DNA from: Camelus dromedarius
Lineage: Eukaryota
Length of the DNA stretch: 64,000 bases
Assembly (NCBI RefSeq): GCF_036321535.1
Contig: NC_087447.1
Location: forward strand, 52,082,001-52,146,000
Direction: 5' to 3'
Shown here: one piece after another, positions 14,011 to 27,190 of the stretch
How positions within the stretch are numbered: position 1 is the first letter of the stretch
Layout: every line of letters begins with the position of its first letter
Translations under genes and position numbers: made by a program
Notes under the pieces: generated by a model
The model's input: the letters and a program-made list of their open reading frames with translations, nothing else
Told to the model about the DNA's origin: nothing
Database searches by the model: none

Positions 14011-15753
14011 TATTAATATGAACAAATTACTATCCGTTAGCTCAATTAAGAATAAGAATGGGGAGACGGAGAAGATGGCGGAGTAGAAGGACACTCGCAG
14101 GTCACCCTCTCCCACAAATACACCAAGACCCACATCTACAGACCCACTCAGCCAACCAGAGCACCTGTGGAACTCCGACAGAACATCGCCCTCTTCAAAA
14201 GATAAAGACGCCAAAAATCTGGTAGGCGAAAAGGAAAAAAGAAAGAACAAAAGGCAAAGCAGCGCGGGACGGGTCCCGTGGGGAGGGAGCGGCAAAGGAG
14301 GACTGGCGCTCGCTCGCTGGGTCTCCCCTCTCCAACTGAGAGGCCAGCGGGACGGAGGGGGAGCCTCCGAGGCTAGGATCTGTACAGAGCAGCCCTTGAC
14401 TAACAGAACTAAGTTAAACGGGCACAGAGCGTCCCCCCGACACCCAGCCGGAGATGCGGGCTGGCAGCCGCGGGCAGGGCCAGGCTGCACAAGCCGGGCG
14501 GAGGACGGGGGCGGCTGCACGGAGGCAGCGCCGGGGGACTGCAAGGGGCTGCGCGCAGTGGCTGTGGGTGCACAGGGCAGAACAACCTGGGCCCTCCATA
14601 AAACAGCAAGGTTGATGTGCTCTCGGGGGAAGGGTGCACACCCCCATCTCTGAAAACCCACGGAAAGTTTTCGGGGGAAGAGAGGCGGGGCTCAGGCACA
14701 GCCGCCATATCCTCCGCGCTGAGCACTCAGGCGGGGGCGGGGGCGAAACCTGCATCCCCACCGAAGGGCTTAGCAGCCTCAAAGGCCAGACTGAGACTGG
14801 CCTGCAGCCCGGGGCAGATAGGATCCTTCCATCCTGGTCCCTCAGAGAACTTGCTCCACAAAGACAAACAAGGAGCTGGGTTTTGGCTCGGAGCAGGGAC
14901 AGGGCTGTCCCTCGGTCTTCCCCGAGCCCACCCGCGGAGCGCCGACCCTCCGCGCCGACCAGGGCGGAGCAGGCAGCCGCACAGAGCAGCGGAGCTACCG
15001 GCGGCGGTGCAGGTAGAGCGAGAACGGCCCCCCGCCTTTCGGGCAGGAACACAGCCCCTGACCGATGTGCTGGGAGGGGGCACGACCCGCCCTCCTACCC
15101 AGCCAGTCTGCAACATCTGACTGCGGCAACCGGAGGGGCAGCGACCCGCCCGCCCACAGCAGAGAGCTGCACCTGACCCAGTGTTAGGAGGAGGCGCCAT
15201 CTGCTTGCCAACAGGTGCTGGGAGCAGCACAGAAGAGGGCGCCAACGGAGGGCCTCTGAAAACAGCAAGCTGAGCTCCCAAAACAGGACGTAGACAGAAA
15301 GACTTCACATTAAAAGCACACAGACTCCAGGAGAACACCGACAAACCCCCCCTCTTTTTTTTTTAAATCTGTTTTTACCTGTTCTATTTTCTATTACTCT
15401 CTTAATTCATTTTTACTTCTTAATTCATTTCTATTTCTCTTGGGTTTTGATGCCCTGCTATTGATTAGACACAGGTTTCAAATACATCTATTCATCTCCC
15501 CCCCCCTTTTTTGTAAAGGTTTTAAAAGGACGTCTCAACCCGATTAATACTCTGCTTCAACTCACTCTTCTATTATTCATTATACACTGTTTTCAAACCC
15601 TCTTTCTCCCTTCTTTTAAAATTCTTTCTCTCTCTCTCTTATTTTTTTTTCTTTTTTTCCTAAGTTCTATTCCTAAATAGGCATCAGATAGATAAAATCC
15701 TTAAGGACCAAAATAAACAACTGATACTCCATAAACCACAGTGCCAAAGAGGT

Positions 15754-16664
15754 ATGAGCAAGATGAAGAAGCAGAAGTACCTTTCCCAATTAAAAGAACA
15801 AGAGAAATCCCCTGAAAGAAAGATCAACGAAATAGACATCGATAGCCTACTAGATCAAGATTTCAAAAAAGGAGTGATCGAATTGCTGAAGGAATTAAAA
15901 GAGATAGTGTTTAGAGATATAAAATATGTCAAAAATGAAACTGAAGCTATAAAGAAGAGCCAAGTAGAATGGGTAAACTCATTGACAGAGATGAGGAATG
16001 ATCTAATAGCTGTGCAAAGCCGACTAGATAATGCAGAGGAACGAATTAGTGATCTAGAAGACAGGGCAATAGAAAGCACCCATTCAGAAGAACTACAAGA
16101 GAAGCAAATAAATAATAATGAAAATAGCATAAGGGACCTATGGGATAATATAAAGTGTCCCAATCTTCGCCTAATAGGGGTCCCAGAAGGAGAAGAAAGA
16201 TCAAAGGGGATTGAAAAGGTTTTTGAAGAAATCATGACTGAAAACTTCCCAAACTTAAAGAAGGAATCAGGTATCCAAGTACAGGAAGCTCAGAGGGTCC
16301 CAAACAGGAAGAACCCAAATAGACCCACACCAAGACATATCATAATCAAGATGGCCAGAGTCAAGGATAAAGAAATGATTCTAAAGGCAGCAAGAGAAAA
16401 GCAAAGAGTAAGTTACAAGGGAACCCCCATAAGGCTCTCAGCTGATTTCTCTACACAAACACTACAGGCCAGAAGGGAGTGGCAAGATATATTCAAAGCC
16501 CTGAATGAAAAAAAGATGCAGCCTAGGATCCTTTATCCAGCAAGGCTATCCTTGAGGATAGAAGGAGAAATAAAGAGTTTCACAGACAAAAAAAAAAAAA
16601 AAAGCTGCAGGAGTTTAGCAACACTAAACCCATGCTAAAAGAAATATTGAAAGGGCTATTCTAA
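15754..16664 (+). pseudogene. L1 ORF1p, frameshifted in an A16 run at 16588-16603
   Basis: 294-aa ORF with coiled coil, RRM and CTD motifs (RLSADFS, ARREW, YPARLS); the natural end LQEFSNTKPMLKEILKGLF* is in another frame. Confidence 0.9.
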
Positions 16665-17068
16665 ATAGAAAAGCAGCAGGATGCTACAGAAATCAGAAAC
16701 ACACAACTGGAAAGGTGATAACTCATGAATTACAAATAAAGTAAACATTAAATTATAAAAGAAGACATACAAATCACTGAGAGTGGGAGAGGGAGGCAGG
16801 GAAATACAGAATATTTTTTTCTTTCTTTTTAAAATTTTTTTAACTGTAGGATGGGTTTGAGATCATGTTACTATCAGTTTAATAAAAACAGTTATAGTAG
16901 TGGGTTGATAGATTTACAAAAAAGGGTAACCACAAGCCAAAAATTTACAAAGGAGTCACAAAAATTAAATAAAATCCATGATAATACAAAGGAAAATTAC
17001 CAAACCACAAAAGGAAGAAGAAACGAACAAACAGGATATACCAATTCAACTGCAAAGATAAGTTCAAA

Positions 17069-20000
17069 ATGGCAATAAACACACATCTATCATTAATTAC
17101 TGTAAATGTTAATGGACTAAATGCTCCAGTCAAAAGACATAGAGTGGCAGACTGGATAATAAAGCAAGAACCTTCAATATGCTGCATACTAGAGACCCAC
17201 TTTAGGGAGAAGGACACATATAGATTGAGAGTGAAAGGATGGAAAAGGATATTCCATGCAAATGGAAAAGCCAAAAAAGCAGGTGTTGCAGTACTGATTT
17301 CAGAGAAAATAGACTTTAAAACAAAGGCCATAAAGATAAAGAAGGACATTTTATAATGATTAAAGGAGTGATACAAGATGAGGATATTACACTCGTTAAT
17401 ATATATGCACCCAATATAGGAGCACCTAAGTACATACAAGAATTACTAACAGAGATAAAGGGGGATATTGATGGGAATACAATCATAGTTGGAGATTTTA
17501 ACACTGCATTAACATCACTAGACAGATCTTCCAGACAGAAAATAAACAAGGCAACAGAGAAATTAAATACTACAATAGGAAAACTAGATTTGGTGGATAT
17601 TTTCAGAGCATTACACCCCCCAAAAATAGGATATACATTCTTTTCAAGTGCACATGGAACATTTTCCAGGATCGATCATGTACTTGGACACAAAAGAAAC
17701 CTCAACAATTTTAAGAAGATAGAAATTATCTCAAGCATCTTTACTGACCACAATGCCATGAAACTGGAAATCAACAACAGAGAAACAAAGGAGAAACAAA
17801 GGAAAGCATGGAGATTAAACAATATGTTATTGAAAAAACAATGGATCAATGAGGAAATCAAAGCTGAAATTAAAAAATACCTTGAGACAAATGATAATGA
17901 AAGCACAACCACTCAAAACCTATGGGACACAGCAAAGGCAGTGCTAAGAGGGAAGTTTATAGAGATACAGGCCTTCCTCAAAAAAGAAGAACAATCTCAA
18001 ATAAACAATTTAACCCACCACCTGAATGAATTAGAAAAAGAAGAACAAAAAGCCCCAAAAAGCAGCAGAAGGAAGGAAGTAATAAAGATCAGAGAGGAAT
18101 TAAATACAATAGAGATTAACAAGACCAAAGAAAAAATCAACCAAACCAAAAGCTGGTTTTTTGAAAAAGTAAATAAAATCGACAAACCTCTGGCCAAACT
18201 CACAAAGAAGAAAAAAGAGAGAGCACAAATTAGCAAAATAAGAAAGGAAAATGGAGAAATTACAACAAACAAAATAGAAATACAGAATATCATACGAGAA
18301 TATTATGAAAAACTATATGGAACCAAACTGGATAACCTAGAGAAGATGGACAAGTTTCTGGAAACATACTGTCCACCAAAACTGAATCAAGAAGAATCTG
18401 AACACTTGAACAATCCGATGACTAGAAAGGAAATAGAAATAGCAATTAAAAACCTCCCTACAAATAAAAGTCCAGGACCGGACGGCTTCACCGGGGAATT
18501 CTACCAAACATACAAAGAAGAACTCATACTAGTCCTTCTCAAACTCTTCCAGACGATTGAAAAGGAGGGAATACTCCCAAACTCATTCTATGAAGCCACC
18601 ATCACCCTGATACCAAAACCAGGCAAAGACACTACAAAAAAAGAGAATTATACGCCAATATCACTGATGAACATAGACGCCAAAATCCTCACCAAAATTT
18701 TAGCAAATAGAATCCAACAACACATAAAAAAGATTATACATCATGACCAAGTGGGGTTCATCCCAGGGACACAAGGCTGGTTCAACATACGCAAATCAAT
18801 CAGTGTAATACATCACATCAACAAGAGAAAGGACAAAAACCACATGATCATCTCAATCGATGCAGAAAAAGCATTTGATAAAATTCAACACCCATTTATG
18901 ATAAAAACTCTCGCCAAAGTGGGTATAGAGGGAACATATCTCAACATAATAAAAGCTATATATGACAAACCTACAGCCAGCATAGTACTCAACGGTGAAA
19001 AACTCAAAAGCTTCCCACTAAAATCTGGGACAAGACAAGGATGCCCACTATCACCACTCCTATTCAACATAGTCCTGGAAGTCCTAGCCACAGCAGTCAG
19101 GCAAGAGAAAGAAATAAAAGGGATCCAAATTGGAAAAGAAGAGGTAAAAGTGTCATTATATGCTGATGACATGTTACTATATATAGAAAACCCTAAAAGG
19201 TCCACACAAAAGCTACTAGAGCTGATTGAAGAATTCAGCAAGGTAGCAGGTTACAAAATTAACGTTCAAAAATCAGTTGCATTTCTTTACACTAACGATG
19301 AATCAACAGAAAAAGAAAGTAAAGAAACAATCCCCTTTAAAATAGCACCCAAAGTAATAAAATATCTGGGAATAAATCTAACCAAGGAGGTAAAAGAATT
19401 ATACACAGAAAACTATAAACCATTGATGAAGGAAATTAAAGAAGACTTTAAAAAATGGAAAGATATCCCATGCTCTTGGATTGGAAGAATCAATATTGTC
19501 AAAATGATCACACTGCCCAAGGCAATCTACAGATTTAATGCAATCCCTATCAAATTACCCAGGACATATTTCACAGAACTAGAACAAATCATAATAAAAT
19601 TCATATGGAACCATCAAAGACCTAGAATTGCCAAAGCATTACTGAAGAGAAAGAAAGAGGCTGGAGGAATAACTCTCCCAGACTTCAGACAATACTATAG
19701 AGCTACAGTCATCAAGACAGCATGGTATTGATACCAAAACAGACATATAGACCAATGGAACAGAATAGAGAGCCCAGAAATGAACCCACAAACTTTTGGT
19801 CAACTCATCTTTGACAAAGGAGGCAAGAATATACATTGGAATAAAGACAGTCTCTTCAGCAAATGGTGTTGGGAAAACTGGACAGCAGCATGTAAAACAA
19901 TGAAGCTAGAACACTCCCTTACACCATATACAAAAATCAACTCAAAATGGATTAAAGACTTAAACATAAGACAAGATACAATAAACCTCCTAGAGGAAAA

Positions 20001-20863
20001 CATAGGCAAAACATTATCTGACATACATTTAAAAAATTTTCTCCTAGAAGAAATAAAAGCAAGAATAAACAAATGGGACCTAATGAAACTTACAAGCTTC
20101 TGCACAGCAAAGGAAACCAGAAATAAAACAAGAAGAAAACCTACGGAATGGGAGAAAATTTTTGCAAGTGAAACCGACAAAGGCTTGATCTCCAGAATAT
20201 ATAAGCAGCTCATACGGCTCAGTAAGAAAAAAATAAACAACCCAATCCAAAAATGGGCAGAAGACCTAAACAAGCAATTCTCCAAGGAAGACATACAAAT
20301 GATCAAAAAGCACATGAAAAAATGCTCAGTGTCACTAATTATCAGAGAAATGCAAATCAAAACTACAATGAGGTATCACCTCACACCAGTCAGAATGGCC
20401 GTCATTCAAAAATCTACAAATGACAAATGCTGGAGAGGCTGTGGAGAAAGGGGAACCCTCCTACACTGCTGGTGGGAATGCAGTTTGGTGCAGCCACTAT
20501 GGAAAACAGTGTGGAGATTTCCTCAAAAGACTAGGAATAGACTTACCATATGACCCAGGAATCCCACTCCTGGGCTTGTATCCAGAAGGAAATCTACTTC
20601 AGGATGACACCTGCACCCCAATGTTCATAGCAGCACTATTTACAATAGCCAAAACATGGAAACAGCCTAAATGTCCATCAACAGGTGACTGGATAAAGAA
20701 GATGTGGTATATTTATACAATGGAATACTACTCAGCCATAAAAACCGACAACATAATGCCATTTGCAGCAACATGGATGCTCCTGGAGAATGTCATTCTA
20801 AGTGAAGTAAGCCAGAAAGAGAAAGAAAAATACCATATGAGATCGCTCATATGTGGAATCTAA
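17069..20863 (+). pseudogene. L1 ORF2p (endonuclease, RT, Cys-rich domain) with 3 lesions
   Basis: NVNGLN, GDFN, TDH, QGCPLSP, YADD (19159-19170) and CWRGC motifs. Apparent 4-bp deletion near 17335, TGG>TGA at 19729-19731, +1 T near 20520. Confidence 0.92.
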
Positions 20864-21904
20864 AAAACAAAAACAAAAACAAACAAACAAACAAAAACAA
20901 AGCGTAAATAAAGGACAGAAATAGACTCACAGACAGAGAATACAGACTTGTGGTTACCAGGGGGGTGGAGGGTGGGAAGGGATAGAATGGGATTTCAAAA
21001 TTGTAGAATAGACTACACTGTATAGCACAGGGAAATATACACAAAATGTTATGATAACTCACAGAGAAAAAAATGTGACAATGAGTGTGTATATGTCCAT
21101 GAATAACTGAAAAATTGTGCTGAACACTGGAATTTGACACAACATTGTAAAATGATTATAAATCAATAAAAAATGTTAAAAAAAAAGAATAAGAATGATA
21201 AAAATGTTACTTTACCTTCACTTATTCCTTCTTTCATGTTCTTCCTTTTTTATGTAGATCTGAGTTTCTACCCTGTATCACTTCCTGCTCTCTGGAGAGC
21301 TTTAGACATTTCTTGCAATTCAGGTCTACTGGTGACAAATTCCTTCACTTTTCATTTGTCTGAGGAAGTCTTTATTTCTCCTTCCCCTTCTAAGGATAAG
21401 TGTTCCCTGGACACAGAATTCTTGATTCGTGGTGTTTTTCTTTTAGTACTTAAAAAACTTCACTTTCCTCTCTTCTTGCTTGCACAGTATCTGAAGAATA
21501 GTCTGATATAATTCTTATCTCTATTCCTCTAAACTAAGTGTTTTCCCCTTCTGGCTTAGTTCAAAATTTTCTCTTTGTCTTTGATTTTCCGCAGTTTCAA
21601 CATAATGTGCCTGGGTGTAGATTTTTTGGAATTTATCATGGTTGATGTTCTCTGGGCTTCCTGGACCTGATATGACGTCTGTTACTACTTTTGGAAGATT
21701 CTCAGCCATTAGTTACTTCAAATATTTCTTCTGTTCCTTCCTCTCTTTCTTCTTCTTATGGTGTTCCATTACACATATTGTTACACCTTTTGTAGTTGTC
21801 TCACAGTTCTTGGGTATTCCACCCATTTTTTCATTTTTTTCTCTTTGCTTTTCAGTTCGGGAAGTTTCTATTGACACATTTTAAAACTTGTTGATTCTTT
21901 CCTT

Positions 21905-22505
21905 TTTCCTTGAGAAAAAAGAACAAAGCTGGACTTATCACCCTCTCAGACTTCAGACTATACTACAAAGCTACAGTCATCATATAACCACAGTGCTGGC
22001 ACGAAAACGACACATAGATCAGTGGAACAGAACAGAGAGCCCAGAAATAAGGCTACAGTCAATTAATTGACAACAAAGGAGGCAAGAATACATGATGGAG
22101 AAACGACAGTCTCTTCAATAAGAGATGCTGGGAAAACGGGACAGCTTTGTGTGAAAGAATGAGATTAGAATATTACCTCACCCCATATACAAAAATAAGC
22201 TCAGAAGGAATTAAAGACCTAAATGTAAGACCTGAAACTACAAAACCCCTAGAAGAGAACATAGGCAGAACACTATTTGACATAAATCGCAGCACTATTG
22301 TTTTAGATCTGTCTCCTAAGGCAAAAGAAGTAGTAAAAACAAGCTAACGGGACCTAATTAATCTTAAAAGCTTTTGCAGAGCGAAGGAAACCATCGACAA
22401 AATGAAAAGACAACATACTGAATGGGAGAAAATACTCGCACATAATACAACTAAGAGGGGTTAATATCCAAGGTATGTAAACACTTCATACAAATCAACA
22501 TTAAA
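21905..22505 (+). mobile_element. L1 ORF2 3' fragment
   Basis: [14 protein letters not shown] and LTPYTKI...[10 protein letters not shown] peptides. Confidence 0.8.
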
Positions 22506-25500
22506 AAATCATAGTTATTTTAAATTCCTAGCCTGATAGTTCCAGAATTTCTTTCATATATGAGTCTGGTTTGAAGCTTGGTTTGTCTCTTTGGACTATG
22601 TTTGTATCTTTTAGCATGCTTTTTTTCGTGTGTGTGTGGAAAGATGGGTATGATGTATTCGGTAAAAAGAACTGAGTTAAGATTTTATCATGAGGTTTTA
22701 TGTTTATCTAAGATTTAGACTATGTTTACTGTTTGCTGTAAGTATTAGAGGCTAAAATTTCCCCTACTGTCCTTGCTTTTGTCTACCCTGCTGTCTTTGA
22801 AATTCTCTGGAGACTCTTTCTTAAATAGCCTGAGCTTTGCAGTTCTCTCAGGAGTAATCCTCTGTTGTTATTATACAGAAGCCTGAGTAATGTGGTGATC
22901 AGGTGGTGGCTGGGGAGGGCATTCCACAGTTCTAACATTAGGTCTCAGTCCTTTAGTGAGCCTGTGTCCTGAGACTATGACTATCACAAGTAATTCTCAG
23001 CCTTTTTCCCCCTGAGGTGAGACAAAAAGTGTTGAAGGGGCTGGAGTTGGGTATTTTCCCTCCTCCAGGTAGGTTTGGCTCTGGTAAAAGAACTTTCTTT
23101 GGGGGCAGGCTTTTGTTAAGAACAGAAGGCTCTGGGTGTATTTCATAACGGTTACTTTTCTCCTCCCCATCCTGGAAGCATAACAGGATTTTTCTCTGAT
23201 TTTCACTCTGAGAACCTAGTGGGGTTCATGAAGGCAAATTTCATAAAAGTGTGTGTGTGGGGTCTCCCTAAGATTGGGCCCCTAGTTTTTAATTCTCAAA
23301 CTAGTACATACAAATTGAGCCTCCTCCAACTTGTCAATTACAGTTTAAATATTCAGTTTAAATGTTCCTTCTACTTTAATAACCTGGATGAAGAAAAACT
23401 TTCCCTTGACTCAAAATCTAGAAGCAGTAACAAAAAAATTGATAAATTTGACTCTATATTAAGTTTTTTTTGCACAGCAAAATATCACAAGCAAACCTAG
23501 AAGACAAGTGACAATTAGGAAAATATTTGCTACTGAAATCATAAATAAAGGCTTAGACATCTTCAAAAAAGAGCAACAATTCTTCAGAAAAATGGCAAAA
23601 GACAAGAACACACATTTCACAGAAACAGACACAAGCTTTTACACAGGTGAAAAGTTGCTCTGGGGATGGAACAAACGGGGTGGAGAAGAGATAAGACACA
23701 GAAGTGAAATTTTGTAAATTTAGGTCATTATATAGTTTTAACCTTAGAATCATGTAAATGTGTTACATGGTTTAAAAAAAATGAAGTTAAATGAAGAAAG
23801 AATAATATCAGCCCTTAACAACAGGAAACAAATTGAAACAAATGAGCTCAACTATACTAAGAAGGCAGCATAACTATATGGAGGAAAAACTTTCTTCTAA
23901 TAATGTAAAACACTACAACAAAAACAAAAACAAAAAGTACTGCAAAGATGTCTTAAACTTATTGTTATTGTCTTATTGTTGTTGTCACGTTGAAACTGTT
24001 AGGAGATACTTAAGCAATTATGTTAATGTGAAATCAAGATTTTCAACTTACGAGGAAAGATAACCAAGTATAAAAATCAAAGAAGTTACACAAACACCAT
24101 GTAATTTTATATTCCAATTAGAAATACAGTAAGAATTTATGATTTTCCTCTACATTTAAAAAATATAATTTTTCTAGCTCTGTTCAATGAAAAGGTCTAG
24201 AAGCCACAAAAACCCCATAACCATGAGCATGTGTATTTCCCAACTGTTGTATCTAAATACAATTTCTTAATAAAAGGAACCAGGAAATCTTTGGGGAAAT
24301 GACTGACTCTAATTCTGGGGTATGAACTGTATAAAGTGAGCTTGGGATATCCTGTTCTGTCACAAAGCAAAGAAGCTCCATATAGGACTAACTATCGGGG
24401 TCATGTCAAAGGGACATAGGAGCCAAGTGGCCTAAGACATCAAAATGCAATAGACTGAAAGAAATGCACCAAAAAAAAAAAAAAAAAAAAGAAAAGAAAT
24501 GCATCACATTGTAAAAATTCATTAGTTCATGATGATACCTGAAAAAATCCTTATTTTTAGACTGACTCTCTCTATATATGTATATATGGTGATTATTTGT
24601 TTATATATATATAAAACAACTAGGGCATCAATTTACTTGAAAATTGATTTTTAAAATGGGCAGAAGGAATAAAAAATGTGTCCTGCCTTTTCTGTATGAA
24701 GCGTATTTCAGACTTACTAAGTAGTTGAAAAGAAACATTCTCCCTCCTGTTCTTCCTCTACCTGCTCCTCCTTCCCTTCCTCCTATGTCATTTTCTTCTA
24801 CCCTTCTGAAAATTACTAGAATTATTTTATTTTCACAACTGTAGCTCGGCTGTACCAAACTGGATTAATCAGAATTCTTGGTTTACAACATGTAAGTAAC
24901 ATTGGTGCTTCCCAGGCCCTCTCTGGGCAGGAAGGTTGGACCCTGGCAATATCCAGTGCAGTATTCCAATTGGCCAGTAGATGACAGCTCAGGCCCGTTT
25001 ATCTGAAACCCTGGAACCATGGGGGAGCTCGTCTTGTTTTGCTCTAAGAAGCTAGGTCCTGCCTCATCCCTAGTGTTCCCTTTCTCTTCCCAGGTAGGAG
25101 GCCTAAAGCTGAATGGAATCGGTGAAGGTTCTTAGATATAAGTAGGGTTCTAGTAGCAGTCTGCTGAGAAGTCAGTATTTGCTGGGCAGAGAGGTATTCC
25201 TTAGACTCAGACCAGAGTTTCAAGCACCACCTGGCTAACTGTGCCTGGACCCTGCTTCTTGCCCCAGTGCCTCCTGCTTCATCCCAAATCACCCAGGTGC
25301 AGGTACAACCTGGCTCAGCTTCTCTTTCCCATTAGACTAGGGCTAACTTATACCTATCCATCTACCCACAGGTGGTGTAAGATGTCATTCTGGACAAGTT
25401 TGTCAAATGAGTAAATAAGCAAACACACTATGGAGATTCAGTTACATATCCTTCTCTCTCAGCAGACTCCAGGACAGGGTATATGCATTTTCTTTTTGTC

Positions 25501-27014
25501 TCTCAGCCTGGGAGGCAGTGTGAGTTGTGATTAACAGTGCATGCCCTGGAAATGGATTGCTTAGGTTCAGATCTGTTTCTCCACTTACAAGTTGCATGTC
25601 CTTGGACAAGTGCCACAGTTTCTCCACCTGCAAAATGGGGATAGCAACAACATCTCTCTTCTCGTACTATGGTGAGGACTTTAGAAAAGTGCCTGGCACA
25701 TAGTAGGCACCCAGTGCATATTAATCCCCATCTGAACACTGCCTTGCTCTGAGACAGATTCAATGCACCTGTAAAAATGCATTCCAGAAAGATACCTAAG
25801 GGCCTGGTGTGGCTGTCTGGCATGAGGGATGGCTCTCAGGAAACAACAGTTTCCCTTCCAGCTCCTCCTTCTCCTCCCTGTTATTAATGTTATCACTACC
25901 AACTGTTTGAAGAAGGCTAAGGTAAGTCTCCAACCCTGATGTGTCATGAATGCTGTGCTGTCCACCTTCTTCCAGCCCCAGGATCAGCAGTGGCCTCTGC
26001 AGCTGTCTACATGGTGCTGGGACAGCACATTCAGGACTGAGGGACCCTCCTTCCAGTGGCCCAAGGCTCAGAAAGCACTGAGGCAAGGGAGGAAGGAAGG
26101 GAACTCTCTCCCCTTTCTGGTGGTGGGGGGGAGGTGCTCTAGGAGCACCTTCTAAGAGTCACAGCTCAGCTCTGGGGATGCTGTGTAGGTCAAAAGGATT
26201 ACTGTATGAGGGTCGTCTGAACCACAAAAAGAGCAGGACAGGACGGGATTATTACAGTCCTATATGATTTCACCATGTTTTTCTGCACGTATGGAGAGAT
26301 GGGAAAGTGTGCAGGCGACCACTAGGTGGTGATATCAACGTGAAGAAGTCTGCCCTGTACACACCGTAGTGTGGAAAAGCAGATAAACTTTTAGTTGGAG
26401 AAAATCAAACACCTCATCTCAATAAATTCCAGCCATCTGGTAAGATTTAGGGTGTAAATGGAGATGGTCCCAGGAGAGTGACCCAGTGCAGGACAAAAAC
26501 TGAGGGGGAAAAAGAAAAGTCTGGCCTCACCCACTGGTCCAGTCCAGATTCCTGAGGCCACTCCTCTGCCTCACCCAGGAGCTATGCCCAGCTGCCTGCA
26601 GGACAGGTCAGTGTCTTCACCTCCCCAGACCCTCTGTCTGCCATTCCTGCCTTCATTCCTTTTCCTTAAGACTCGGTCAAAGTCTCACCTTCTCCGATCC
26701 AGATGGAATCAGCTTGTGGCTGCTCTGTGGCCCACTGACCCTGCACCCACTTCTTTCCCAGTCTTTGCCTAAAGACTAAAGTGGATTTGGATGTTTACCA
26801 CTGAATGGGGATTCCCTGGCATGGTGCTGGTGGGGGTGGGAAGAGGTCAGGCTGGTTCATCCTCAGTCCCCATTTCCCCACCCGCTCCCAAAGATGTATA
26901 AGGGCTTTCCTACCCATAACACCCCTTTGGGTTCCAGGGGCCTCCCTCTGCCTCAGGGCCCTGAGAATGTCTTGGAATGCTGAAAGTCTGTCCACACTGG
27001 GGAAGCATTATGGG

Positions 27015-27190
27015 GAGGACTGGCTATCTAACTTGCACAGCCCAGTGCACATTGAAAATACAGGACTCCTGCTTTAAAAATTATTAAGAATTTCAAGATG
27101 GTGACAGCAGAGCATTAAACCAAGAGCAGGCCCTTCTGAGTACAGGGCCCTGTTTAACTGCTCAGTCTGCACACTCTGAAGGTGGCCCTC
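27015..27190 (-). mobile_element. MER45A-like hAT-Tip100 MITE
   Basis: Reverse complement matches the recalled MER45A consensus (cttggtttaatgctctgctgtc...cttgaaattcttaataattt); decayed 8-bp TSD attatggg/agtctgga. Confidence 0.8.

Larger units (their letters stand above)
14061..21184 (+). mobile_element. Full-length LINE-1 (about 7.1 kb), young but mutated
   Basis: TSD AAGAATAAGAATG at 14048-14060 and 21185-21197; TT|AAGA endonuclease-type site; GC-rich 5'UTR with a YY1 motif (aagatggcgg, about 14072); ORF1, ORF2, 3'UTR and A tail. Confidence 0.97.
12865..23360 (-). mobile_element. Ancient L1M-type element(s), host of nested insertions
   Basis: Antisense L1-like pieces at about 12865-13535, 14011-14060, 21198-21905 and 22510-23360 (ORF1-like ENLPK...QGKT translation). 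Confidence 0.6.

Noticed and set aside
13939..15344. Several long overlapping ORFs (105-240 aa) on both strands, possible ORF0-like genes
   Set aside because: They lie in the GC-rich L1 5'UTR where stops are rare; low-complexity translations with no recognisable domain.
26319..26332. CTCF-like CCACTAGGTGGTGA
   Set aside because: Overlaps the former SPPS codons of the pseudogene and cannot be told from chance without ChIP data.
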